From: Anaerovoracaceae bacterium
Lineage (GTDB): Bacteria > Bacillota > Clostridia > Peptostreptococcales > Anaerovoracaceae
NCBI GenBank assembly: GCA_963590215.1
Contig: CAVAON010000003.1
Location: forward strand, 1 to 52,348
Length of the DNA stretch: 52,348 bases
Direction of reading: 5' to 3'
Shown here piece after piece: positions 9,936-19,269 of the stretch. The position numbers were made by a program, and so were the translations under genes. The notes under the pieces are model-generated. The model was not told the origin of the DNA and made no database searches. It worked only from the letters and a program-made list of their open reading frames with translations. Numbering within the stretch: the stretch's first letter is position 1; each line of letters begins with the position of its first letter.

Positions 9936-9964
9936 TTGACAATGGGGCAATAAAGGTTTATCAT
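9936..9964 (+). promoter_or_regulatory. sigma-A promoter of htpG
   Basis: TTGACA (9936-9941), 17-nt spacer, TATCAT (9959-9964). Confidence 0.7.
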
Positions 9965-9968
9965 ATAT

Positions 9969-9995
9969 TTAGCACTCGACAAGATAGAGTGCTAA
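9969..9995 (+). promoter_or_regulatory. CIRCE element (HrcA operator)
   Basis: Perfect TTAGCACTC-N9-GAGTGCTAA directly after the -10 box. Confidence 0.9.
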
Positions 9996-10027
9996 CAACA
10001 GATAATGACCTAGGGGGTAAATATAAA

Positions 10028-11932
10028 ATGGCAAAGAAACAATTCAAAGCTGAATCCAAAAAACTGCTGGATATGATGATTAATTCTATTTATACACACA
10101 AGGAGATTTTTCTCAGGGAACTGATATCAAACGCCAGCGACGCTATTGACAAGCTGTACTATCAGGGACTCTCAGATGATAAGATGGGGCTTGCCAGAGA
10201 GGACTTTTTCATTAGAATAGACCTTGACCACGATGCAAGGACAATTACAATATCGGATAATGGTATCGGTATGAATGACAGGGAGCTTGAATCAAATCTC
10301 GGTACCATAGCCAAAAGCGGCTCACTTGACTTCAAGGAAAACAACGAAGCCAAAGAGGATATAGATATTATCGGCCAGTTTGGTGTTGGATTTTATTCGG
10401 CATTTATGGTCAGTGACAGGGTTGTTGTAACCTCAAGACCTTTCGGCCAGGATAAAGCATGGAGATGGACATCTGAAGGCGCTGACGGATATACTGTTGA
10501 AGAATGTGACAAGCCTGACAGAGGTACTGAAATTGTGTTGTATATCAAGCAGGATACCGATGATGATAAATATGAGGATTATCTTAACCAGTATACAATA
10601 TCGGGACTTGTAAGGAAATATTCAGACTACATTTCATATCCTATCAAAATGGATTTTGAGACCACTAAATTGAAAGAAGGCACAGGCATTGAAGATGAAA
10701 ACGGCAACAGGATAGAGCCTGAATATGAAACAGTAACCGAGACAAGGACACTGAACAGCATGGTTCCTATCTGGAGAAAAAACAAAAGCGAGATAACAGA
10801 TGAGGAATATAACCATTATTACAAAGAGAGGTTCTTTGACTTCGGTGACCCTGCCGCAGTAATTCATACTAAAGCAGAAGGACAAATATCCTACGATGCG
10901 CTGCTGTATATTCCTCAAAAGGCATCGTTTGACTATTATACCAGAGAATACGAAAAAGGTCTTGCTCTTTATACCAACGGTGTCCTTATTATGGACAAGT
11001 GTGCAGACCTGCTGCCTGACTATTTCAGTTTTGTCAAGGGCGTTGTAGATAGTGCAGATTTATCACTAAATATTTCAAGAGAAATGCTGCAGCATGACAG
11101 ACAGCTCAAATTGATAGAAAAAAACATCGAAAAGAAAATCAGAAATGAACTTCTCAAAATGCAAAAAGACGACAGGGAAAAATACGAAAAATTCTTTGAG
11201 GAATTCGGACCGCAGATTAAATTCGGTATTTATGATAAGTACGGTATGAACAGTGATACTTTACAGGATCTTGTGATGTATTATTCTTCAACTGAGCAAA
11301 AGCTTGTAACACTCAAAGAATATGTTGAGAGAATGAAGCCTGAGCAGGAGAAGATATATTATGCCTGTGGACAGAGCATTGCGATGATTGATACTCTGCC
11401 TCAAACTGACGCGGTTAAGGACAGGGGCTTTGAGATACTGTATATGACAGACAATGTGGATGAATTTGCAGTGAAAGCAATAGTTGATTATGATGGCAAG
11501 ACTTTTGTAAATATCTGTACTGACAATCTGGATATGTCAAGTGAAGAGGAAAAAGAAGCACTTCAAAAGAAAAATGAAGAATCAAAGGATGTTCTTGAAA
11601 TTATAAAGGAAGCTCTCGGTGATGATGTCGCCGAGGTAAGATTTACAAACAAACTCAAAAAATATCCTGTATGCCTGACAAGCGAGGGTGAGATTTCGAT
11701 AGAAATGGAAAAAACACTCAATGCCATGCCTGCTGGAGAAAAGATAAAAGCAAAGGTTGCAATGGAAATTAATGCAGAGCACCCTATTGCAGATAAGCTC
11801 AAAGCGCTGGCGGATGACAAGTCAAAGCTTACTGATTGTGCAAAACTTCTGTACGCTCAGGCAAGGCTGATATCGGGTCTGCAGATAGAGAACCCGGGAG
11901 AAATAAGCGAGCTTATATGTGAGCTTATGTAA
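10028..11932 (+). CDS. htpG: molecular chaperone HtpG (Hsp90)
   Basis: FKAESKKLLDMMINSIYTHKEIFLRELISNASDAIDKL and IGQFGVGFYSAFMV motifs. The ORF track start at 9914 would lie upstream of the promoter/CIRCE; the ATG at 10028 follows a GGGGG purine tract. Confidence 0.95.
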   Translation: MAKKQFKAESKKLLDMMINSIYTHKEIFLRELISNASDAIDKLYYQGLSDDKMGLAREDFFIRIDLDHDARTITISDNGIGMNDRELESNLGTIAKSGSLDFKENNEAKEDIDIIGQFGVGFYSAFMVSDRVVVTSRPFGQDKAWRWTSEGADGYTVEECDKPDRGTEIVLYIKQDTDDDKYEDYLNQYTISGLVRKYSDYISYPIKMDFETTKLKEGTGIEDENGNRIEPEYETVTETRTLNSMVPIWRKNKSEITDEEYNHYYKERFFDFGDPAAVIHTKAEGQISYDALLYIPQKASFDYYTREYEKGLALYTNGVLIMDKCADLLPDYFSFVKGVVDSADLSLNISREMLQHDRQLKLIEKNIEKKIRNELLKMQKDDREKYEKFFEEFGPQIKFGIYDKYGMNSDTLQDLVMYYSSTEQKLVTLKEYVERMKPEQEKIYYACGQSIAMIDTLPQTDAVKDRGFEILYMTDNVDEFAVKAIVDYDGKTFVNICTDNLDMSSEEEKEALQKKNEESKDVLEIIKEALGDDVAEVRFTNKLKKYPVCLTSEGEISIEMEKTLNAMPAGEKIKAKVAMEINAEHPIADKLKALADDKSKLTDCAKLLYAQARLISGLQIENPGEISELICELM

Positions 11933-11943
11933 AAGATATATAT

Positions 11944-11974
11944 AAAGGTCGGCTGTCTGCCGACCTTTAGTTTT
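11944..11974. terminator. bidirectional terminator between htpG and deoC
   Basis: AAAGGTCGGC / GCCGACCTTT stem with 5-nt loop. T-run downstream on + and A-run upstream (T-run on -). Confidence 0.8.
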
Positions 11975-11983
11975 GAAATCATT

Positions 11984-12652
11984 TTATTTCTGTGATTCTT
12001 CGTATTCCCTCATTATAGATACTGAAGCGGAGGCACCTATACGATCTGCCCCTGCTTTTATCATTTCCTGAACAGTTTTGAGATCGCGTATGCCACCTGA
12101 AGCTTTTACCTGCGCTTTGCCTGCAATGCGGTTTTTCATGAGCTTGATATGAGCTGCCGAAGCGCCTCTTGTTGAGAAGCCTGTCGAAGTCTTTACAAAT
12201 GCTGCTCCCGCATCTGCCGCTATCTTGCAGGCCTTTGAAATCTCCTCGTTTGTGAGCAGGCATGTTTCAAGTATGACCTTGACTGTAGCACCATATTTTG
12301 ACGCTGTTTCCACAACGCCTGCAATGTCGGAGGCAACGTATATATAGTCTTTTGCTTTCATTGCACCGATGTTCATAACCATATCAATCTCTGCTGCACC
12401 GTCCTCACAGCATTTCATTGCTTCATATGCTTTGACTTCAGAGCTCATTGCACCGAGAGGGAAACCCACTACTGCCGCAACCTTTACATCAGTTCCCTTG
12501 AGCTGTTTGGATGCAAATGATACATGGCAGCCGTTTACACATACCGAATAAAAATCATATTCGACAGCTTCTTCGCACAGTTTTTTGATTTGTTCTTTTG
12601 TTGCTTCCGGTTTGAGAAGCGTATGGTCAAAATATTTGCTGAATTGTTTCAT
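11984..12652 (-). CDS. deoC: deoxyribose-phosphate aldolase
   Basis: FDHTLLKPEAT...VCVN...VVGFPLG...VKASGGIR pattern of DeoC with the Schiff-base Lys context. Confidence 0.9.
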   Translation of the reverse strand: MKQFSKYFDHTLLKPEATKEQIKKLCEEAVEYDFYSVCVNGCHVSFASKQLKGTDVKVAAVVGFPLGAMSSEVKAYEAMKCCEDGAAEIDMVMNIGAMKAKDYIYVASDIAGVVETASKYGATVKVILETCLLTNEEISKACKIAADAGAAFVKTSTGFSTRGASAAHIKLMKNRIAGKAQVKASGGIRDLKTVQEMIKAGADRIGASASVSIMREYEESQK

Positions 12653-12667
12653 GAAATTCTTCTCCTG

Positions 12668-14065
12668 TTAATAAAATACTACTATCGTGCATCCTGCTGA
12701 AATGTTATTAAAAAGTATTTCAGCCTTGCTATGTGGCAGGTTGATGCAGCCGTGGCTGCCATTTGTCTTGTAAATTGTACTGCCAAACTGATTGCGCCAC
12801 GTGGCATCGTGAAGCCCGTAGCCGTTAAAGAAAGGCATCCAGTACGAAACCTTACTTTCATAGTCAGTATCATCTTCTTCATTACCACCTCTAAGCGTCG
12901 CATTGCGTTCCTTGTATTGAAGCGTATATGTGCCGACTATAGTTCCTGTTTTTTCTTTGATGCATCCGCTTACAAACGGTGAGTCAACAATAAGCTTGCC
13001 ATTTTTGTAATACCACATATGCTGCAGGGAAAGGTCAACCTCTACATAGGTGCCTGCTATATCATTGACACCTTCACGCCCGTTGCCCTTTTGTGCATAT
13101 ACGGGTTCTCTTGTGACATCCCTGCCGGATTTGAGATCTTTAATGAGCTGTTTTGATTCGGCTTTTTGATCAATCAGATAACCGTAGGTGCCTCCATAAA
13201 CTGCGACTGTGCCACGCTTTGTTGATTTAAACAATCTTGTGCTGCCTTTTGTATTATATCTATATGCAAGCTTTGCTACATAATCTGCAACTGCGTCTTT
13301 GTCTGTTACTATATTGCCATTATCATCAAGATATATCATATCGTTGATTTGTTTAGGGGTAAGAGCTTCGTTCTGGTTTCCAAATGTATATGTTATTTTT
13401 TTTGTCAGATAAGTATTGCAGTAATCAAGCATATCCGAAATCTCTTCGCTGTCAGATTTGACTTTGGGCTGCTCATAGTAGTCCGAAGCGTTGAAATCAA
13501 GCTGCATGTTTCCTGCAGCTATGTGTTTTAGGATTGCTTTTTTGAGAGCCCTGCGGTCTATGTTTTCACCATAAATTTCAGGGACAATATTAAAATCAGT
13601 GCTTGACAAATCCACATATGCATCCTGTGTATGTGATTTTCCGGCATTCTGATTGCTTACGAAAGTTTTCAGAGTCTGTTTGAAATCATCTGTTGTTTTT
13701 TTGACTTTCATAGGAAATTCAATATCATAGGTGTAGCCGAAAATGTGTGCAACGCCTTTAAAGAATCCTGCATTTCTGACAAGATTGTTTATTTTGCTGT
13801 CAATGGAATAAACAGTATTTTTGAGTGGAAGCGTGACGAGAGTTGAACTGCCGTCAACAATTTTGAAATTGTTGGAGTTCCACTTTTTTGCCAGCTTGCG
13901 TGCAGCTTCGTCTTTGGATATTACTGAGCAGTCCACCCCATTTATAATTGTGTTTTGAGGCAACACATCTGAAGAATACGCTTTGTGGCAGGTATATTCC
14001 CATATGCCAAATACTGCACCGGCAAACAGTAGTATGATCAGAATAATAAATAGTGCTTTTTTCAT
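12668..14065 (-). CDS. L,D-transpeptidase family protein (YkuD domain), membrane-anchored
   Basis: N-terminal TM anchor. The C-terminal domain ends ...GYGLHDATWR...SHGCINL, the catalytic His/Cys motif of YkuD L,D-transpeptidases. Confidence 0.85.
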   Translation of the reverse strand: MKKALFIILIILLFAGAVFGIWEYTCHKAYSSDVLPQNTIINGVDCSVISKDEAARKLAKKWNSNNFKIVDGSSTLVTLPLKNTVYSIDSKINNLVRNAGFFKGVAHIFGYTYDIEFPMKVKKTTDDFKQTLKTFVSNQNAGKSHTQDAYVDLSSTDFNIVPEIYGENIDRRALKKAILKHIAAGNMQLDFNASDYYEQPKVKSDSEEISDMLDYCNTYLTKKITYTFGNQNEALTPKQINDMIYLDDNGNIVTDKDAVADYVAKLAYRYNTKGSTRLFKSTKRGTVAVYGGTYGYLIDQKAESKQLIKDLKSGRDVTREPVYAQKGNGREGVNDIAGTYVEVDLSLQHMWYYKNGKLIVDSPFVSGCIKEKTGTIVGTYTLQYKERNATLRGGNEEDDTDYESKVSYWMPFFNGYGLHDATWRNQFGSTIYKTNGSHGCINLPHSKAEILFNNISAGCTIVVFY

Positions 14066-14332
14066 TGTACCCTCACTAAAGTCTAATATATATATATATT
14101 TTACAATATATTAATCAGGTTTAGAAGCAAACCTGATAAAAAATTCAAAATTGCCTTACAGCCTGTAATCTACAGGGTGGAGTGAAACAAATTTTCCTTT
14201 GACAATATTTTCGTATTCCATAGCATGTAGTATATACAACCTGCAGATTTTTTTCAAGAAGAAGATTTGCAAGGTTTCCATATCCTCCGTTTTGTAGTAT
14301 ACTCGTAATGAAGTTTTTTTAAGGAGGGGTTT

Positions 14333-15079
14333 ATGTTTACATCACCGGGAGCTGTGGCTTTTGAGCTGTTTGGACTGGATATCAGATGGTACGGCATCTG
14401 TGTTGCTGCAGGAGTTCTTATCGGTACATTTCTCAGCTATTACAGAGCGCCGAAATTCGGCATATCAGGAGATAACCTCATAGATGTGCTTCTTGTGGCT
14501 ATACCTGCGGGAATTATAGGAGCCAGAGCCTACTATGTAATATTCAACTGGCAGATGTATGCCGGAGATTTTATGAGGATAATCAACTTCAGAGAAGGGG
14601 GCCTTGCCATACATGGTGGCCTGATACTGGGAATAATAGGGGGAGCATGTGTATGCAGACATCACAAAATTTCTCTTCTCAACCTGTTAGACCTGCTTGC
14701 GCCGGGATTTGCAATAGGACAATCCATAGGCAGATGGGGCAATTTCTTTAATTCAGAGGCTCATGGAGGACCTACAGATTTGCCATGGGCAGTGATAGTA
14801 AACGGACAGGGAGTTCACCCTACATTCTTGTATGAGTCGTTATGGTGCCTGCTGCTGTTTGTGTTTCTGATGTTTATGAGCAGAAAAATTAAATTCAAAG
14901 GCCAGATTTTCTGCATGTATGCAGTTCTTTATTCTCTTGAAAGATTTTTTGTAGAAGCACTCAGAACTGATAGTCTGATGATAGGACCTTTCAAACAGGC
15001 ACAGGTGTTGTCGTTTTGTGTGATTGTGATATTTGCCGTTATGTATGCAGTTCTAAGCAAAAGAAATAAGAAGGTATAG
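14333..15079 (+). CDS. lgt: prolipoprotein diacylglyceryl transferase
   Basis: IRWYGICVAAGVLIG, GARAYYV and GRWGNFFNSEAHG motifs of Lgt. GGAGG RBS. Confidence 0.9.
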   Translation: MFTSPGAVAFELFGLDIRWYGICVAAGVLIGTFLSYYRAPKFGISGDNLIDVLLVAIPAGIIGARAYYVIFNWQMYAGDFMRIINFREGGLAIHGGLILGIIGGACVCRHHKISLLNLLDLLAPGFAIGQSIGRWGNFFNSEAHGGPTDLPWAVIVNGQGVHPTFLYESLWCLLLFVFLMFMSRKIKFKGQIFCMYAVLYSLERFFVEALRTDSLMIGPFKQAQVLSFCVIVIFAVMYAVLSKRNKKV

Positions 15080-15245
15080 ATGTACTAAACCGATATTATA
15101 TGACCTGAGCAAGTCGTAAAACTGTTCTTTTTTTTTATACATTACCGCTTGATTGTCCAAAAATATTACACAGTGATTTGTTTATATATTTCTTCTCTTT
15201 TTTAATGGGAATATAATTTTTTATGAAAAGGAGGAGTGGTATTAC

Positions 15246-17336
15246 ATGAAAGTATTTGCAGAAAAAGTGGTAAAACATAAAAAACTTATAGCGATAATAA
15301 GTTTAGTGCTTCTTATTCCCTGCATATTCGGATATATGAACACTCGTATCAATTACGATATGCTCACATATCTGCCTGATGACATACAGACAGTACAGGG
15401 ACAGAAAATACTTTTAGACGACTTTAACAAAGGATCATTTGCCCTGCTTGTATTTGAAGACATGGACGACAAGGACGTGTCGGCAGCAAGAGAAAAAATA
15501 GAGAATCTGGAATATGTGGATTCGGCATTATGGTATGACAGTATTGCAGATATAACTGTTCCAAAGGAAATGATTCCGGATGATATTTATGATGAATTCA
15601 ATAGCGGTGACTGTACACTCATGGCAGTGTTTCTTTCAACAACGATTTCGTCAGATGAGGCTATGGATACCATCAAAGACATACGTCAGATAGCAGGCAA
15701 ACAATGCTTTGTAAGCAGTATGTCAGCATATATAACGGACCTCAAGGATCTGGCAGAATCGGAAGAACCGATATATGTGGCACTTGCAGTTTTGCTGGCA
15801 TGCATAATATTTGCAGTGTTTATGGATTCATTCCTGCTCCCGGTTATATTCCTTGCAAGTATAGGAATAGCAATTGTGGTCAATTTGGGAACCAATATAT
15901 TCATGGGTGAAATCTCCTATGTAACCAAAGCAATCAGCGCGGTGCTTCAGCTTGGTGTTACAATGGATTATTCGATATTCCTGTGGCACAGCTACTGTGA
16001 GCACAAGGATAAATGCACAGATCATAACGTCGCAATGGCAGAAGCAATCAGAGCAACGATAGCATCAGTATCAGCAAGCTCTGTAACCACAATAGCAGGC
16101 TTCATAGCCCTTTGCTTTATGAGCTTCACACTCGGAGCGGACCTTGGAATAGTAATGGCAAAAGGAGTAATATTCGGTGTAATATCATCTGTAACAGTAT
16201 TACCTTCATTTATACTCATTTGCGATAAGGCTATTGATAGGACCTCACATAAACCGGTCAATCTCAATACAGACAGAATAGCAGGCTTTGTACTCAAACA
16301 CCGCAAAGTCATGGCGATACTGTTTATAGTTGTTATGATACCTGCACTTTATGGCTATCTCAATGCAGATAAATATTATGACCTTGATCAGTCAATACCG
16401 CAGGATATGGAATGTGTGGTTGCTAATACAAAACTGAATGAAACCTTTGGCATGGATTCAACCCATATGCTTTTGTGTGACTCAGATATGGATGTTAAAG
16501 ACTCCAAAGAAATGCTCGATAGGATTGAGGGAGTAGACGGAGTCAAGCTTGTTTTAGGCAAGGACACACTGCTTGGCAGTCTGATACCAGACGATATTCT
16601 TCCTGATGATGTATCTTCGCTTCTCTCGCAGGGAGGCAGACAGCTTGTCATAATCACATCTGAATACAGAGTGGCGACAGATGAGGTGAACGCTCAGATA
16701 AATGAGATAAACAAGATAGTTGATGACTATGACAAAGACGCGATGCTTATAGGTGAGGCACCTTGCACCAAGGATATGATTAAAATAACATCGCATGACT
16801 TTGCGGTTGTAAGCTTTATATCAATACTGGCAGTCCTCGTTATAATTGCTGTTGCACTGGGCTCTGCGATACTTCCGTTCATACTGGTTGCGGTAATTGA
16901 ATTTGCAGTATTCATCAATCTTGGAATACCATTTTATACAGGAAATCTGATGGCATTCATAGCACCTATTTGCGTAAGTACAATTCAGCTTGGCGCAACC
17001 GTGGATTATGCAATACTTATGACCAACAGATACAAAGTGGAAAGAATAGGAGGATGCGGCAGAGAAAAAGCAGTCGAGATCGCACTCAAAACAAGCATGC
17101 CGTCAATTATGATAAGTGCACTTGGATTCTTTGCAGCAACTATTGGTGTAGGTATTTATTCTGATGTTGATATCATAGGTTCAATGTGTGGGCTCATGGC
17201 AAGAGGAGCAATTATAAGTATGGCAGCGGTAATACTTATACTTCCGTCATTCCTGATGATATTTGACAGAGTAATATGCAAGACCACGAAGGGAATGAGA
17301 GGCTTGGTTAAAAAAGGAGGAGATATCAATGCTTAA
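15246..17336 (+). CDS. MMPL/RND-superfamily membrane transporter
   Basis: 696 aa with two repeats, each an extracytoplasmic loop followed by a 5-6 TM bundle (GVTMDYSIFLW / GATVDYAILM). AAAGGAGGAG RBS. Confidence 0.8.
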   Translation: MKVFAEKVVKHKKLIAIISLVLLIPCIFGYMNTRINYDMLTYLPDDIQTVQGQKILLDDFNKGSFALLVFEDMDDKDVSAAREKIENLEYVDSALWYDSIADITVPKEMIPDDIYDEFNSGDCTLMAVFLSTTISSDEAMDTIKDIRQIAGKQCFVSSMSAYITDLKDLAESEEPIYVALAVLLACIIFAVFMDSFLLPVIFLASIGIAIVVNLGTNIFMGEISYVTKAISAVLQLGVTMDYSIFLWHSYCEHKDKCTDHNVAMAEAIRATIASVSASSVTTIAGFIALCFMSFTLGADLGIVMAKGVIFGVISSVTVLPSFILICDKAIDRTSHKPVNLNTDRIAGFVLKHRKVMAILFIVVMIPALYGYLNADKYYDLDQSIPQDMECVVANTKLNETFGMDSTHMLLCDSDMDVKDSKEMLDRIEGVDGVKLVLGKDTLLGSLIPDDILPDDVSSLLSQGGRQLVIITSEYRVATDEVNAQINEINKIVDDYDKDAMLIGEAPCTKDMIKITSHDFAVVSFISILAVLVIIAVALGSAILPFILVAVIEFAVFINLGIPFYTGNLMAFIAPICVSTIQLGATVDYAILMTNRYKVERIGGCGREKAVEIALKTSMPSIMISALGFFAATIGVGIYSDVDIIGSMCGLMARGAIISMAAVILILPSFLMIFDRVICKTTKGMRGLVKKGGDINA

Positions 17337-19116
17337 ATCAAGAGGAACAAGAATCCTGTCAGCAGGAATTGCGGCTGTACTGGTAATGGGAACAGCCTGC
17401 CCTGTATTTGCAACAACTGGAATCGAAAAAGAAGAAACAGTATATGCAGTTGCTGACAATCAGCTTGACATAGACGAAGTCATTGTAAGCGAATGGCTCA
17501 AAAACAACGACGAACAGAAAACAATCAAAGATAAAAGTGACCTTAAAGATATTGAAAACGTCAAAGGAGATGAAACATTTACCCAGGACGGCTCAACAGT
17601 CAAATGGAGGGCAAATGGAAATGATATATATTATCAGGGCAGTTCCGACAAAGCTCTGCCTGTAACAATGCATGCAAGCTATATGCTTGACGGCAAGTCC
17701 GTGACACCTGATGAAATCAAAGGGCAAAAAGGCAGCATTGAAATCCACATAACATATCAGGCACAAGATGCGCCTTTTGCAGCAGTAACCGGCATGTCCC
17801 TTGACGGTGATAAATTCAGCAATGTCAAAATAAGTAGCGGACAGGTAATCAACAGCGGGGATGATTACTATGTTGTAGGCATAGCACTTCCAGGTATGGA
17901 GAACATAACAGGAAGCCTCGGCCTTGATATTTCAGATGAAATAATCATTAAAGCTGATACTACAGACTTCACATATGAAACGATGGTTACAGTTCTTTCG
18001 AATGAAATGATTAAAGACCTTGATGCAGACTTAGGATCAATTGATGAACTGGAGGCTTCAGTTGATGAACTTGTAAGCTCATCACAGCAGCTTACAGACG
18101 GGGCTCAGACATTATCAGACGGCATAAGTACAGCCGCTGAAAAGTTTGATCTGGTTGACGGATATATGACAAAGCTTCAGGATGGAATAACCAAAATAAA
18201 CAGCAACATGAAAACTCTGAAAGAGGGGCTTGCAACACTCTCAGAAGGAAGTACAAATCTGTATGAAGGAATTTCAAGCCTGAAAACAAACCTTGATGCA
18301 ACATACAAAGGGGCGAGCGACCTGGTTGCAGGCATGAATATGCTTTCACCTGACGATATTGAAAAAGCTACAAGCGGAGTAGGGCAGATTTATACAGGCC
18401 TCAAAAACGTTGATGATGGCCTCGATAAACTCTATACTACAATGTCAGGAATAAATTCTCAGGAAAGCGAGGTAATCACTCAGCTCAAACAGATAAGAGA
18501 ATCATACAAAGCTGCTGGAGTTGACACAAGCGCACTTGACAAAGCGATAGAAGGCCTTGAAAAAACAAACAAAGGTGAGAGTCAGGCTATAGAAAGTCTC
18601 AGCAGCAACGGCACCTTGAGAACCGGGCTGACACAGCTTGAAGAGGGGACTAAAGGGGCGTCGGATCAGATATCAGCAGGTGTCAAAGGCCTCAAAGAAG
18701 GAAGCATCAAGCTTCAAAAAGCTCTTGAGGCAGAAGCAGAAGGAGCAGCAACTCTTGAAACAGGAGCCAAGAGTCTTAACGAAGGTATTGCAAGTGCATA
18801 CAGCGGAGCTGACAAACTGGCGTCAGGCACATCAACCCTCAATACAAGCGCAGGTAAAATCGCATCAGGTACAGCTAAGCTTGGCAAAGGCGTTGTAGAG
18901 CTTAAAGAAGGTGCTCTTGAGCTTGCAACAGGCATGCAAAAATTCAATGATGAAGGCATAGGCTCAATTGCAAGTATGTATAATAAGATTGCAGGCGGTG
19001 CAGTTGATACTATGAACAGCAAAATAAATGCAGCAAAAGCATACAAAAGTTATGGAGGTGCAGCCAAAGACGCTGATACTACAGTCAAATTCATAATCAG
19101 ATCAGAAGGAATATAG
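17329..19116 (+). CDS. secreted protein with X-X-X-Leu-X-X-Gly heptad repeats (YhgE/Pip N-terminal-like)
   Basis: Signal peptide (ILSAGIAAVLVMGTACPVFA). The C-terminal half is made of repeated L..G...L..G heptads (LTDGAQTLSDGIST, LKEGLATLSEGSTNLYEGISSL, etc.). Start overlaps the MMPL stop by 8 nt. Confidence 0.6.
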   Translation: MLKSRGTRILSAGIAAVLVMGTACPVFATTGIEKEETVYAVADNQLDIDEVIVSEWLKNNDEQKTIKDKSDLKDIENVKGDETFTQDGSTVKWRANGNDIYYQGSSDKALPVTMHASYMLDGKSVTPDEIKGQKGSIEIHITYQAQDAPFAAVTGMSLDGDKFSNVKISSGQVINSGDDYYVVGIALPGMENITGSLGLDISDEIIIKADTTDFTYETMVTVLSNEMIKDLDADLGSIDELEASVDELVSSSQQLTDGAQTLSDGISTAAEKFDLVDGYMTKLQDGITKINSNMKTLKEGLATLSEGSTNLYEGISSLKTNLDATYKGASDLVAGMNMLSPDDIEKATSGVGQIYTGLKNVDDGLDKLYTTMSGINSQESEVITQLKQIRESYKAAGVDTSALDKAIEGLEKTNKGESQAIESLSSNGTLRTGLTQLEEGTKGASDQISAGVKGLKEGSIKLQKALEAEAEGAATLETGAKSLNEGIASAYSGADKLASGTSTLNTSAGKIASGTAKLGKGVVELKEGALELATGMQKFNDEGIGSIASMYNKIAGGAVDTMNSKINAAKAYKSYGGAAKDADTTVKFIIRSEGI

Positions 19117-19167
19117 CCGATTAGAAGGGGATGACGATATATACAGAGCTTCAAATAACTTTATGGA

Positions 19168-19200
19168 GAGCAGAACTCGCAGGGGTTCTGTTCTTTTATT
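19168..19200 (+). terminator. intrinsic terminator after the heptad-repeat gene
   Basis: GAGCAGAAC / GTTCTGTTC stem (one G-U) followed by TTTTATT. Confidence 0.7.
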
Positions 19201-19227
19201 GACTTTTTTCCTTAATCGGGTTACTAT
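19199..19227 (+). promoter_or_regulatory. sigma-A promoter of the hybrid kinase gene
   Basis: TTGACT (19199-19204), 17-nt spacer, TACTAT (19222-19227). Confidence 0.55.
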
Positions 19228-19269
19228 TAAAAAAACAGAGAGCGGCTGATATATATGGAGGTAAGCGTC

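Noticed and set aside
14114-14137. 9-bp perfect hairpin ATCAGGTTT-AGAAGC-AAACCTGAT in the ldt/lgt divergent region, as a possible terminator.
   Set aside because: There is no U-tract after the stem on either strand, and it sits between divergent genes. It may be a 5' UTR structure or a protein-binding dyad, but nothing supports a specific call.
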